Source: Vicinamibacteraceae bacterium
Lineage (GTDB): Bacteria > Acidobacteriota > Vicinamibacteria > Vicinamibacterales > Vicinamibacteraceae
NCBI GenBank assembly: GCA_963759795.1
Contig: CAVXAR010000009.1
Location: 449,123 to 513,122, forward strand
Direction of reading: 5' to 3'
DNA: 64,000 nucleotides
Shown: positions 50,595-63,859 of the stretch, piece by piece
How positions within the stretch are numbered: position 1 is the first letter of the stretch
Layout: each line of letters starts with the position of its first letter
The notes under the pieces: generated by a model
Told to the model about the DNA's origin: nothing
The model's database searches: none
What the model saw: only the letters and a program-made list of their open reading frames with translations
Position numbers and translations under genes: made by a program

Positions 50595-53256
50595 TCAGAA
50601 GAAGATGCGGGTCCCGAAGTCGAAGCGGCGCGGCGCCGCGGCAGCGGTGGGCCGCAGGTAGTACGGCGAGGTCTGCACGCCCGAGAAGCGCGTGAAGTTG
50701 GTCTCGTTGAGAATGTTCCACACCTGCGCGTAGAGTTCGAAGCCGCGGGCGCTCGGGCGGCGTTGCGGTCCGGCGCTCGAGGTCTGTGCCCCCGCTGTTG
50801 CAGACCCGCCGAACAACTCGGGACGCCAGCCGACGCGAAGATTGAGCGTGCGCTGCCAGGTGCCGCGTTCGGTGTTCCGTCCGATTCCTGACGGCCGGTC
50901 AGTGAACACCGTGTCGCCGTTGTCGTCCAGCCCGGTGCGGATGGTGTACGGCGCTCCAGACGAGATGTCGCCCCACGCGTTGGCGCGCACGCCCTTGGGT
51001 AATTCCATGCGCACGAATCCGAAGATGCGGTGGCGGACGTCCCACGACGCCGGTCCCCACTCCGCGTCGAGGTCGCGGCTGTCGGCGGGCAGCGACGTCG
51101 CGCCGTCCGAGTCGTTCCAGGCCTGCCCGTACTGGTAGCGGAGCAGCGCCGACGCCTTGCCGTCCTGTCGTGACAGCCGAACGCTGGAGTCGAAGCCCGC
51201 CGAGCGGGCGCGACCGGTGGCCTCGATCTCGGTGATGCGCTGGAAAGCCGGGTTCGGGAAGACGCCATCGCGCGGCGCGTTGGCGTTGAAGCTGCGCAGG
51301 CGGTCGCGGGTGCGCTGGCCGTAAAGATTGAACTGCAACCGCAGCTGCTGCGAGACACGGTGCTCCACTCCGACCGACGCGCGGGTCGTGTTGGCCATGT
51401 CGAGCGACGTGCCCGACTCACGGATGATGCTCGGCGTCGTGATCGCCGCCACGCCGCCGCCGCTCAGCGGGTCGGGATACCCGGGGTCGCGGATGATCAG
51501 GTCGCGCTGACGCGTGCCATCGAGCTGCAGCGTCTGCTCGTAGATCCACGGTTGGTACCACTCGTTGAAGACGCCCAGGCCGGCCGTGAGCGTGGTCTTC
51601 TTCCGACCCTGGGGTGTCCAGGAGACGCTGGTCCGGGGCGCGAAGTTGTTGCGGTCGTCGAGCAGCGACTGGATGTCATGACGGAAGCCGAAGCCGTATC
51701 GCAGCCCCGGGCGCACCTCGACCTCGTCGTAGGCAAACCAGCTGAACTCCTGGCGGTCATAGGCCACCAGCGGGTTGCCGAGGCGCTGCGTGAACTGGCG
51801 CGGACGCCCGGCCTCGAAGTCGGCGAGGGTGGCGAAGGTGAAGGTGCCGATGTAGTTGTCGACGCGATCGGTACGGCTCCAGCCGAGCTCGGTCTCGAAC
51901 CCGAAGCGCAAGCTTGTGACGCTTGTGGCTGATGAGATCCACTGTCTGCGCGATCTCGAGCTCACGATCGCGGCGGCCCCCCGATCGCTGAGCCCCCCCC
52001 GAACGGAAGGCGTTGGGAACGGTCAGCCCGATGGCATCGCTGAACGACTCGACGCTGTTGCGGCTGTCCACGTACTCCAGCCGGATCTCGTTGAGGAAAT
52101 GCCGCCCAATCGTGCCGATGGCCGAGACCCGCACGATGTCGCCCGCCGACCTGTCGGCAAAGGCGCGCTCCGGCAGTTCGAACTCGCCGACGCCGAGGTT
52201 GTCGCCGCTGGAATCACGGCGCTGGTACTCGGCCCGCAGCGTCTGCGTCGTGCTGAGGGCATGCTCGATACGCAGCTCCCCTTCGTAACGCTGCCGCTCG
52301 GCGTTGACCAGCGGCGAGAAGGTGGTGGGCGCGCCGGTGGCGATGATCGGGTTGGCGTCGTAGGAATCGCGCAGCGACAGCCGTCCGGAGATCGACGATT
52401 GGCCCCTGACGATCGGGCCGTTGAAGCTCCAGCTGAGTCGACGGGTCTGGCCATCCGGCTGACGTGGGGAGAATGCAGGACGAGCGTCGATGGACTGGTC
52501 GCGCAGCCCGGCTGATACCTCGTGCGACCAGTTGCGCCCGCCTGGTCGAGTGATGACCTCGACGCGCACCTGACCCGCGCCCATGCTGTCGGTGCTGAAG
52601 GGGTCACGCCGGATGCGGACGACCTGGATCTGGTTCTTCGGCGGCAGCGCCCCGCCCTCGAAGCCGTTCACGCGAATCTCCGCGCCGACTCCTGCCAACG
52701 CCTCGATCGCCAGCGCCAGCTCTTCGGGGTCGTCGGGCAATTGCTCGATCTCCTTCGGGCTGAGCGTCTCCACCTGCCCGTCGGCCGTGGGCGCGACGAA
52801 GGTCTCTGGCTGCGCCTGCACCGCGACCTGCTCGGCATAGCCACCGATGGAGAGCGTGGCCACGGCCTCGGCCGTTTCACCGGGTCTGACGATGGCGCTC
52901 ACCGAGGCGGTCTCGAAGCCCGGCATCTCGACCGTCACCCGGTAATCGCCGGCGGCCACGTCGAGGGTGGCCTCGCCGGATGCGTCGGTGACCAGCACAC
53001 GCGGATTGCCGGCCGAGTCGGCGCCTGGGCTGGAAAACACGACGGTGGCTCCCGGCAACCGCCCGCCCTGGGCGTCCCGGGCGATGACGATCAGATGGCC
53101 TGGCGCCTCGCGCGCGTCATGCTCGGATGTCTGCGGCGTCAGCGCCTGGGCGGTGGCCCGACCGGCGCCGATGCTGCCGAGGGCTGCGACTGCGATGAGA
53201 ACCGCGACGGGTGTGAAGCGGAGTGGCCGTCGTTGGGCAGGATCGCATCGGCGCAT
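50595..53256 (-). CDS. TonB-dependent receptor (CarboxypepD_reg plus plug plus barrel, C-terminal ...FGTRIFF), frameshift near 51960
   Basis: N-part in ORF 51757..53256 (signal peptide, VTVEMPGFETASV...). C-part in ORF 50595..51965. Confidence 0.8.
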
Positions 53257-53410
53257 CCTCCCAGCATACCGAGCGCCAGCCGATCGAGGGACCCCAAGAA
53301 TTGCGAATGACGTGATGCGGGCAATGAGACCGGCAGTCGGGAGTCGGCAATCGGCAGGCGGCGGTCAGCACACGGCCACGGGCAGACAGCAGACGGCAAT
53401 CGGCAGGGTG

Positions 53411-55063
<1,653 letters not shown>

Positions 55064-55084
55064 GGGGTCACATCATTCAATTGG

Positions 55085-55104
55085 GAATTCAGAATTCAGA
55101 ATTC
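55085..55104. repeat. (GAATTCA)3-type heptamer motif, 21 nt upstream of the GMC oxidoreductase start
   Basis: gaattcagaattcagaattc, about 21 nt upstream of the minus-strand start codon. Confidence 0.8.
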
Positions 55105-55132
55105 ACGGCAAGCCGCGTCAGGCACATCGACG

Positions 55133-58100
55133 TCAGCGTTCCCAGTACAGCTTCCGCCGCTCCTGGGCGATCGGGGCCAGCTGATTGAGCGTGGCCGCAT
55201 CATACAGCCGGCCATTGACCATGACCATGCGGACGGTCTGGCTCTGCCGGATGTCGGCCAGCGGGTTGCCGTCGAGCACGACGAGGTCGGCGAGCTTGCC
55301 CACCTCGAGCGAGCCGAGGTCCTTGTCGAGACCGAGATACTGCGCGCCGGCAATCGTGGCCGCCTGCAGCGCCTCCAGGTTGGTCATGCCGCCCTGCTGC
55401 AGCATCCACAGTTCCCAGTGCGCCGCGAGGCCCTGCAGCTGGCCGTGCGCGCCGAGCTGCACCTTGCCGCCGGCGTCGAGCACGGCCTTGGCGCCCCTGG
55501 CCACCAGCACGTGCGCGTAGTCGTCGTCGGCCGACATGCCGCGTCGGCGCGCGCGCGGCAGAACGACGTCGCGCGGCACGAAGGTCAGCAGCTTCTCGTT
55601 CCTGAACACGTCGCTGTGCTGGTACCAGTAGTTCTCGCCGCTCTGTGACCCGTACGACACGATGCAGCGTCGGCGTGTAGCCGAGGCCACTCCGGGCGAA
55701 GAGCGTGGTGACGTCCTTGTACAGGTTCGGCACCGGCAGGTTGTGCTCGATGCCGGTGTGGCCGTCGAGCATCATCGTCTCGTTGTAGTACAGCAGCGAC
55801 CCGCCTTCGGGCACGACGAGCATCTCGTGCTCGCGCGCCGCCTTGACGATCATCTGGCGGGCGTCGCGGCGCTGCTGGTTGTAGCTCTTGACCGAGAAGG
55901 CGCCGGCGGCCTTCATCCGACGCATGTGCGATCTCGCGTCGTCGATCGATCCCACCACCGACTTGAACGGCGTCTCGGCGCCGTAGAGGATGGTGCCCGT
56001 CGAGAAGACACGCGGGCCGAGTAGCGCACCGCTGCGCACCATCTCGGCGATCGTGAAGACGGTCTCGGTGTCGTTGGACGGGTCGTGCGAGGTGGTCACG
56101 CCGAAGGCCAGGTTGGCCATGAGCGGCCAGTTGGCCTGCGGGATGAGCCCATCGCCAGGGCCGCCGAGGTGCGCATGCGCATCGACGATGCCGGGCATGA
56201 TCGTCTTGCCGGTGGCATCGATGCGCGTGGCGCCGGCGGGAATGGCGACGCGACCCATCGGCCCGATCGCCACGATGCGGTTGCCGCGCACGACGACCAC
56301 GCCGCGCTCGACCACATCGGCGCGGCCGGTCCCGGCCATGGTGACCAGGCGTGCGCCGACCAGCGCGATCTCGCCACCAGGCACGTCGCTGGCCTGCGTG
56401 AAGCCGATGTCGACGCCGTCGGTCTCGGGCGGCGAGGGCACGTCCTGCCCGCCTTTGACGAAGGCGTACGTCCTGGCCAGCTCCCGCGTGAAGAGCTCGG
56501 GGCCGAGCGTCCAGTGGACACGCTGGCTGTCGGCCGACCAGTGCAGCGAGAAGCCGGCGTCGCGCGACACCTGCGCCACCGGATAGGCCGTGCTTCCGGG
56601 CGCCACGGTGGCTGGCCGGCCGGTGGCTGGCAACGGCATGACGTACGTGCGGAAGCGCTCCTCGAATGCGACCCACCTGCCGTCGGGCGACGGCACGAGT
56701 TGCAGGGCGTTCTCCGACTGCACGTGAATGATCTCGTCGGCCCCGTCCAGGGTCACGCTGCGCAGCACGGCGTTGTCGCCGCGTCGGTCGCGCAGGAAGA
56801 TGCGCGTGCCGTCGCGGTTGTAGAGCGGCTCCTGCCCGGCGTCGGTGACCTTCTTCGGCGTGCCACCCGCGGTGGCGACGATGAACACCCCGGTCTCGGT
56901 GGCGTGGGTGATGGCGCGATCCCTGTCGGGGCCGACGGCCCGGTAGACGATCGACGACCCATCGGGCGAGAACGCCGGTGATGCGTAGTGTCCAGGCGTG
57001 GCGACGACATCGCGACCGCCCTGCCCGTCCACGCCAATCACCTTCAGACGACCCATCGCGGCGTCGTCCCATGTCACGTAGGCGATGTGACGGCCGTCGG
57101 CGGAGAAGGTCGGCCACGCCTCGTGCGCCGTGTCGTTGGTGAGCCGGCGCGGCGTGCCCTCGGGCAGGGTGCGCAGGTAGAGATGCCCGAGCGCGCTGTA
57201 CACCACGCTGCGCCCGTCGGGAGCAACCTTGACGTGCCGCAGCATCCGCACGGGGAATCGTTCCGGCGCCACCTCACGGCTGAAGCGCAGCGACTCGTTC
57301 ACCGTCTGCTCGACCTTGGCCCGGAAGGGAATCCGGGTGCCGGTTCTGGCAGCGACGTCGACGCGCCACAGTCCGCCCTTGCCCCAGATGACCAGGCCCG
57401 TGCCGTCGGGCATCCACGCGTATTGCGCGTACACGCCGTGCACCGCCCAGGCTTCCTGGAGATCCTTGTCGAGGCCATCGAAGACGCTGGTCTCGACACC
57501 GGTGGCGAGGTCGCGCACGAACAGCTGGCTGCCGAGATCGACACGGCGGACAAACGCCAGCGACTTGCCGTCCGGAGAGACGCGCGGCGCGATCGACCCG
57601 CCAGGGCGGGCGACTACCGTGCGCTCCTTGCCGGTCTCGAGGTCGCGCCTGATGATTGCGTAGATGGTCGCGAACGGGTTCTTGTTGTATTCGAAGTTCT
57701 CGCCCGGGGTGATGTCCTTGCTGTAGTACAGCACCTCTCCGTCCGGCGAGATCGCCGGCTCACCAGCGTCCTTCTGCCAGCCGTTTTTCTCGGTCACCTG
57801 CAGGCCGTCGCCGCCGCTGACGTGGAACTGCCAGATCTCGCCGGAGCCGAGCGAGCGCTGCCGGACGAAGTGCTTGCGCGCGTAGATCGACATCCCGTCA
57901 GGCGCCCAGGTCGGGCTGTTGACGAACCAGCGGTTCTCCTTGGACACCTGCGACGGCGCGGTGCCGTCCACCTTCGCCACCCAGATGTTCCACAGGCCAT
58001 TGCGATCGCTGCTGAAGGCGATGCGCGTGCCGTCTGGGCTGAAGCGCGGCTGCATGTCGAAGGCCGGGCCAGACGTGATCCGCGTCGCCAGCCCGCTTCC

Positions 58101-58373
58101 CGAACCGGCAATCGGCATGGTGTAGAGGTCGCCGAGCAGGTCGAAGACGATCGTCTTGCCGTCCGGGCTGACGTCCACGTTCAGCCAGGTGCCTTCATCG
58201 GTCTCGAACTCGATCACCCTGGTCGGCCCGAGCGGCGCGGCCACGTCCCACGCCGGCGCCTTCGTCTTCGCGTCGTCGGCGGCTGGGGCAGGCGACTGCG
58301 CGGAGAGGGCGATGCCGAGCGTCAGCAACGCGACGGTGGTCGGGACGAGGGCGTGGCGGGAGGTCAGGGGCAT
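55133..58373 (-). CDS. secreted TolB-like beta-propeller (PD40 repeats) / amidohydrolase fusion protein, frameshift near 55680
   Basis: Signal peptide MPLTSRHALVPTTVALLTLGIALSAQS. Repeated SPDG(K/T)..AF motifs. Amidohydrolase metal-binding MPGIVDAHAHLGG. C-terminal ...GKLADLVVLDGNPL... in ORF 55133..55690. Confidence 0.8.
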
Positions 58374-58383
58374 GAGCAGATCA

Positions 58384-58407
58384 ATTCGGAATTCAGAATT
58401 CAGAATG
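58384..58407. repeat. (GAATTCA)3-type heptamer motif, 15 nt upstream of the TolB/amidohydrolase start
   Basis: aattcggaattcagaattcagaat, about 15 nt upstream of the minus-strand start codon. Confidence 0.8.
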
Positions 58408-58486
58408 AAGTGCGGGGCCAATAGCGTCGGGGCTCCGCGGCACACAGACAGGAAAAGGGGCGGGGCGCACAGGCGTCGGGGTCCGC

Positions 58487-59122
58487 TCAGGGCGACTCGA
58501 GCGCGCGCCACATGTACCACGCGCCGATGCTGCGGAATGGCCGCCAGACCTCGGCTCGCGCGGTCATCTCGGCGGCCGCGAGCCTGCTGCCGTTGCCGTA
58601 GACCTTGGCAAAGCCGGTGACCACGCCGAGATCGCCGAGCGGCAGCACGTCGGGTCGCTGCAGGTGGAACATCAGGAACATCTCGGCGGTCCATCGTCCG
58701 ATGCCCTTGACCTGCGTCAGCGTCGTGATGACGTCCTCGTCAGCCAGCCTGTGGAGAGCGCGGGTGTCGAGTGAGCGGTCGGTGACGTGCCTGCACAGGT
58801 CGAGGATGTAGCGTGTCTTCTGGCCGCTGAGGCCGGCGGCTCGCAGCTGCGCCTCGGGCGTGCACAGCCATGTGGCCGGCGGCGGGCAGGCGGTTGCGTT
58901 CATCGTCGCCATCACGCGCGTGTAGATGGTCGTGGCCGCGCCCGTCGACAGCTGCTGGAAAATTATCGCCCGGACGATCGCCGAGAAGCTGTCGCGTCTG
59001 GCCCGTGTGCCTAACGTGCAGGGGCCATGCACCTTGACCAGACGGGCCAGCTCGGGGTCCCGGCGAGCCAGCGTGCGCGTTGCCGCCATGCACGATTCGG
59101 GAGTGAGGCGGACGGGCAGCAT
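58487..59122 (-). CDS. alkA: DNA-3-methyladenine glycosylase II (HhH-GPD, AlkA-like)
   Basis: HhH-GPD block ...VKGIGRWTAEMFLMF... with catalytic-Asp context. Intact. Confidence 0.8.
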   Translation of the reverse strand: MLPVRLTPESCMAATRTLARRDPELARLVKVHGPCTLGTRARRDSFSAIVRAIIFQQLSTGAATTIYTRVMATMNATACPPPATWLCTPEAQLRAAGLSGQKTRYILDLCRHVTDRSLDTRALHRLADEDVITTLTQVKGIGRWTAEMFLMFHLQRPDVLPLGDLGVVTGFAKVYGNGSRLAAAEMTARAEVWRPFRSIGAWYMWRALESP

Positions 59123-59137
59123 GGCGCGAGATCGATC

Positions 59138-60727
59138 TCAGTCGAGTTCGGCGAAGGTATCGGTGCCTGTCGGGTGATCGCCGTCGGTGCGCATGAGGAG
59201 TTTGCGGCAATGCGCCAGATCGTCGGCGACACGCTGATCCGACCACCCGAGTTCCTCACGCATGGCGGCGGCGATACGGCCGAGCGCGGGCCGCCCGCGA
59301 TGCGGCGTGAAGGCCAGCCGCGATCGCCGGAAGACGAAGTCGGCGATGCGCTCGCAGGCCTCGTGCCGAACCGCGTGCACGACCTGCGCGGCGACGTCCG
59401 GCTCGCCCTCCATCAGCGGCCGCGAGAGCTCGGCGCGGCCCTCGACCAGTGCCAGCACTTCCGTGCGCCGGCTGCCGTAGAGCCACTTGAGATGGGCCCG
59501 CTCGGCTTCCCCGAGCACGGACGGCAGATGCAGCTCCTGATGCGCGCCCGGCAACGGCATCGTCGCGGTCGTGCCGCGCGTCGGCACATCGAGCAGGCGG
59601 CAGACCCGCTGCGTGGCCTCCTCGGCGATGGCACGGTAGCCGGTCAGCTTGCCCCCGATGATCGACACCAGGCCCACCGGATCCTGTTCGGCGATCACCT
59701 GGTGCGAGCGCGTGACCGCGGAGGCGTCGCCGTCGCGTCGGACCAGGGCGCGGACGCCCGCGTTGGTGAACAGCACCTCGCCGAGGCCGCCGACGAAGGG
59801 CTCCACCGATCGACGCAGGTAATCGACCTCGTCAGGCGTTGCCGCGACGTCAGCCGGGTCGTCCTGGTAATCGATGTCGGTCGTACCCACCCACGTGTAG
59901 CCGAGCCACGGAATGACGAAGGTGAGCCGCCCGTCGACCGCCGACGGCAGTGCGAGTGCATTGTGCGGCGGGTTCGGGCAGGCGATGTGAATGCCGCGAG
60001 TGGTGCGCACCCGCGGACGCGACCGCGTCTGCAGCACGCCTGCCGCCCGGTCGAACCACGGCCCGGAGGCGTTGACGACGACGCGTCCGGAGACCTCGAC
60101 TTCGCGCTGCGCGATGAGGTCGTGGACACGGAGTCCGCGGATACGGCCATCGCTGACGATGGCGGCGACGACGCGGGCGTGATTGCAGGCAGCGGCACCG
60201 GCCTGCGTGGCATCGACGATGTTCTCGATGCAGAGCCGCTCGGGCAGGGCGGCCTGGGCGTCGGAGTAGGACGCGGCACCCTGCAGCCCCTTGCGCACGA
60301 GGCGCGGCTCGGCGGCAAGTGCGGCCTCGGCCGAGAGCATGCGATGCCCGGGCAGGCTGCGGTCGTAGCTGAGGCCGTCGTAGAGCCACATGCCGGCGCG
60401 CATCTTCAGCCGGTTGAACGTGGAGGTGCCGTAGAAGGGCAGCAGGAACCGCAGCGGCGCGACCAGGTGGGGCGCGATCCGCAACAGGATCTCGCGCTCC
60501 CGCAGGTCGAGTCGGACCAGCGCGAAGTCGAGCATCTCCAGGTAGCGGAGGCCGCCGTGGATGAGGCGGGTGGAGCCCGAGGATGTGCCGCTGCCGAAGT
60601 CGTCCTGCTCGAAGATCGCGACGCGCAAACCCCGGCGAGCCGCGTCGCGGGCGACGCCGCACCCGATCACGCCGCCTCCCACCACGAGGACGTCGAACGC
60701 GTGGCGATGAAGGTCTGCAGCTCGCAT
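59138..60727 (-). CDS. glpD: FAD-dependent glycerol-3-phosphate dehydrogenase
   Basis: DVLVVGGGVIGCGVARDAARRG, DAO domain plus C-terminal GlpD domain. Intact 529 aa. Confidence 0.85.
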   Translation of the reverse strand: MRAADLHRHAFDVLVVGGGVIGCGVARDAARRGLRVAIFEQDDFGSGTSSGSTRLIHGGLRYLEMLDFALVRLDLREREILLRIAPHLVAPLRFLLPFYGTSTFNRLKMRAGMWLYDGLSYDRSLPGHRMLSAEAALAAEPRLVRKGLQGAASYSDAQAALPERLCIENIVDATQAGAAACNHARVVAAIVSDGRIRGLRVHDLIAQREVEVSGRVVVNASGPWFDRAAGVLQTRSRPRVRTTRGIHIACPNPPHNALALPSAVDGRLTFVIPWLGYTWVGTTDIDYQDDPADVAATPDEVDYLRRSVEPFVGGLGEVLFTNAGVRALVRRDGDASAVTRSHQVIAEQDPVGLVSIIGGKLTGYRAIAEEATQRVCRLLDVPTRGTTATMPLPGAHQELHLPSVLGEAERAHLKWLYGSRRTEVLALVEGRAELSRPLMEGEPDVAAQVVHAVRHEACERIADFVFRRSRLAFTPHRGRPALGRIAAAMREELGWSDQRVADDLAHCRKLLMRTDGDHPTGTDTFAELD

Positions 60728-60736
60728 GGGGGCGGA

Positions 60737-62218
60737 TCAGGCAGGCTGCGATTGACGGGCGCCGGCGCGAATGCGGGCAAGCGCGTCCTCGCGTCCGAGC
60801 AGGGCGATCGTGTCGAACAGCCCAGGGCTGACCGTGCGGCCGGTGAGCGACACGCGAACGGCCTGCATGAAGGCTCCGGGCTTGACGCCGCCGGCCTCGG
60901 CCGTCCGACGCACGACCTGCTCGATCCCGGCGGCGTCGAACGGCGACAGGTCAGCAAGCGCATCCCCCAGGACTTCGAGGTGCGGCGTCATCTCGTGGGT
61001 CAGATGCCTGGCCGTAGCCGCGGCATCGAACACCACGGGGCCGACCAGCGGACCGAGTCCATCGGGGATGTCGCCAAGCTGCTTGGTGCGTGGGCGCAAC
61101 AGCGACAGGGCCTGGATCAGCCAGGCCCGCCGTTCCCCGTCGAAGTCTGCCCGCCAGAGCCCGGCGCGTTCGAGCCACGGGCGGACGTGGGCAATCAGCA
61201 CGTCATCGGACATCTTCATGATGTGCTGGTTGTTCATCCACTCGAGCTTCTCGGGGTTGAAGACGGCGTCGCCGCCGCTGATGCCTTCTAGATCGAAGCG
61301 CTGGACGAGGTCGTCTACGGTGAACAGCTCCTGGTCGTCACCGGGCGACCAGCCGAGCAAGGCGAGGAAGTTGACCATCGCCTCGGGGACGACACCCTGG
61401 GCGGCGTACTCCATCACCGACGTGGCGCCGTGGCGCTTGCTCAGGCGCTTCTTGTCGGCCCCGAGGATCAACGGCACGTGCGCGAAGCCGGGCACCGGCA
61501 CGCCCAGCGCCTGGTACAGCAGCACCTGCTTGGGCGTGTTCGAGATGTGGTCGTCGCCGCGGATCACCTGGGTGATCTGCATGTCCATGTCGTCGACGAC
61601 CACCGAGAGGTGGTAGGTCGGGTAGCCGTCGGACCGGAGGATGACGAAGTCCTCGAGGCCGCTGTTGTCGAAGCCGATCTCGCCGTGGACGGCATCGGCA
61701 AACGTCGTGCGGCCGTCGGCCGGCACCCGGAAGCGCACGGCGCGTGGCAGCCCTGCCGCTTCCCGCGCCGCCACGTCAGCTGCGTCGAGCGACAGGCTGG
61801 TCTCGTCGTACTGCTTGGGTCCGAAGCTGGCAGGGCCATCCTCGGCCTGGTCGGGGGCCTTGGTTCGTGCGTCGGCGCCGCGGTAGTCGTAATAGGCGTG
61901 GCCGCTGTCCACCAGTTGCGCCGCCACTACCCGGTAGCGGTCCAGCCGCGCGGACTGGAAGTACGGCGCGTGTGGGCCGCCGACCTCGGGGCCCTCGTCC
62001 CAGGTCATCCCGAGCCAGCGCATGCCGTCGAGGATGCCCTGCACCATCTCGTCGGAGGAACGCTCGACGTCGGTGTCCTCGATGCGGAGGACGAAGGTGC
62101 CGCCCGTCCGCCGTGCCAGCAGCCAGTTGAACAGGGCGGTGCGGGCCCCGCCGACGTGAAGGTAGCCGGTCGGCGAAGGCGCGAAACGGACGCGTGGCGG
62201 AGTGGATGGCTCAGACAC
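60737..62218 (-). CDS. gltX: glutamate--tRNA ligase
   Basis: VRFAPSPTGYLHVGGARTALFNWL (HIGH) ... KLSKR (KMSKS variant). Start assigned to GTG at 62218. Confidence 0.9.
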   Translation of the reverse strand: MSEPSTPPRVRFAPSPTGYLHVGGARTALFNWLLARRTGGTFVLRIEDTDVERSSDEMVQGILDGMRWLGMTWDEGPEVGGPHAPYFQSARLDRYRVVAAQLVDSGHAYYDYRGADARTKAPDQAEDGPASFGPKQYDETSLSLDAADVAAREAAGLPRAVRFRVPADGRTTFADAVHGEIGFDNSGLEDFVILRSDGYPTYHLSVVVDDMDMQITQVIRGDDHISNTPKQVLLYQALGVPVPGFAHVPLILGADKKRLSKRHGATSVMEYAAQGVVPEAMVNFLALLGWSPGDDQELFTVDDLVQRFDLEGISGGDAVFNPEKLEWMNNQHIMKMSDDVLIAHVRPWLERAGLWRADFDGERRAWLIQALSLLRPRTKQLGDIPDGLGPLVGPVVFDAAATARHLTHEMTPHLEVLGDALADLSPFDAAGIEQVVRRTAEAGGVKPGAFMQAVRVSLTGRTVSPGLFDTIALLGREDALARIRAGARQSQPA

Positions 62219-62249
62219 TGTGCGAAGGCAAGTATTGCAGAAGGGCCCG

Positions 62250-62375
62250 CCTGTGCTCGGCGGGGTGCCCACCGAAGCCCCGTACGTCGCCGCGGGGCTT
62301 TGACCGTCGAAGCCCGTGCGTCGCCGCGGGGCCTGCCAGCCGAAGCTCGCGCGCTGGCGACGCCGTGCGCGAGCG
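62250..62375. repeat. cluster of GC-rich hairpins (gccccgtacgtcgccgcggggc, gcccgtgcgtcgccgcggggc, gccagc...gctggc) downstream of tRNA-Ser
   Basis: Tandem near-identical inverted repeats. Terminator-like or REP-like elements. Confidence 0.4.
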
Positions 62376-62380
62376 AAGGC

Positions 62381-62474
<94 letters not shown>

Positions 62475-62584
62475 GTATTCGGACGGACATCGCGGCAGGG
62501 TTGCCCGCACTGCGACGAAGAAGCATAGCATCGGCGCACGCGGGACGTCACCGCCAATTGCCCAGGTGCGCTCGGCTGAGCCCC

Positions 62585-63811
62585 TCAACGGCGCAACGAA
62601 AACAGGTCGCTGTCGGGGTCGCCGCCGCCGGTCAGCTCGTTGCGCAGCATCTGGGCGGCCAGGGCGGAGTAGGTGATCCCGTTGCCTCCATAGCCGAGCA
62701 CCGCGTAGCACCCCCGCATGCCGGGGACCGCACCAATCGAGGGCGTGCCCGTGTCCGAGGCCCCGAAACTGCCGCACCACGCGTAGTCGGCGCGCGCGTC
62801 CAGGTGCGGCATCAGGAGGTGCAGCTTGCGCTCGATGGCGGCAATCTTTTCCGGCAGCAGCGCGTCTCGCTTGATCGAATCCGAGAAATCCTCGTCCTCG
62901 CCGCCGCAGATGACCCGGCCGTCCGGCCCGACGCGCAGGTACAGATAGGGATCCGATGCTTCCCAGACCAGACCGCGGGCCTTCCAGAGTCGTCCCGGCT
63001 GCGGGCGGGTGGCAATGGCGTAGGTGGACACGATGGAGTGACCGAGACGCGGCACCCCCTTGGGGAGTTCGTAACCGGTGGCGAACACCAGCGTGGCGGC
63101 GCGCAGGGTGGGTCCCTGCGCGGTGTGCGCGCGAACCCCGTCCCGGCCACACTCGACCTCAGCCACATCGACCGGCGACAACACCCGGGCCCCACGCTCC
63201 AGCGAGGCACGGAGAAAGGCGGCTGCGAGGCGGCGCGGATCGGCCGACAGGTTGCCATAGCCGACCAGACCATGGCGCCCGGTAATGCCGTACCGCGCCT
63301 TCACCTGACGCGGCGAGAGCGACGTCACCTCGAACCCGACGCCGCGGCGCGCATCGCCCTCGGCGGCGAGCGCCTCCGGATCGAGCAGGTTGCCGTCGAG
63401 ATACAGCGAACAGCACTCCTCGACGTCGCCCTTCAACCCGAGGTGGGCGACGCGGTTGCGAAGTGCCGACAGCGCCAGGTACGACCGCCGCCAGATGCGC
63501 TCCGCGCACTGGCGGCCGACCTTGCGCGACAGGTGCGTGAGCGGCACGTCAATCTCGTACTGCAGGAGCGCGGTCGAGGCGGGGGTCGAGCCGCTGAACG
63601 GCGGTCGCCGATCGACAACCACGACGCGCTGGCCGGCGTCGCTGAGCGCGTCGGCGATCATCGCGCCACTGATGCCCGAGCCGACGACGATGACGTCGGC
63701 GGTGAGGTCGCGGGTCAGTGCCTGGCTGGGCACGTACGGCCGGCGACGGGCCGCCCACACCGGGCGACCGGTGCGCAAATCACGATGACGCGTAGCGCTC
63801 ATACCGGACAC
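62585..63811 (-). CDS. FAD-dependent oxidoreductase (DAO / glycine-D-amino-acid oxidase-like)
   Basis: DVIVVGSGISGAMIADAL dinucleotide-binding motif. Intact 408 aa. Confidence 0.85.
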   Translation of the reverse strand: MSGMSATRHRDLRTGRPVWAARRRPYVPSQALTRDLTADVIVVGSGISGAMIADALSDAGQRVVVVDRRPPFSGSTPASTALLQYEIDVPLTHLSRKVGRQCAERIWRRSYLALSALRNRVAHLGLKGDVEECCSLYLDGNLLDPEALAAEGDARRGVGFEVTSLSPRQVKARYGITGRHGLVGYGNLSADPRRLAAAFLRASLERGARVLSPVDVAEVECGRDGVRAHTAQGPTLRAATLVFATGYELPKGVPRLGHSIVSTYAIATRPQPGRLWKARGLVWEASDPYLYLRVGPDGRVICGGEDEDFSDSIKRDALLPEKIAAIERKLHLLMPHLDARADYAWCGSFGASDTGTPSIGAVPGMRGCYAVLGYGGNGITYSALAAQMLRNELTGGGDPDSDLFSLRR

Positions 63812-63859
63812 TCCCGCCTGTGACGCGCCATGGCCGCATCCGGTCCCCGCGGCGTGTGG

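Noticed and set aside
59027-61291. 754 aa plus-strand ORF
   Set aside because: Antisense to glpD and gltX.
62501-63823. 440 aa plus-strand ORF
   Set aside because: Antisense to the FAD-dependent oxidoreductase.
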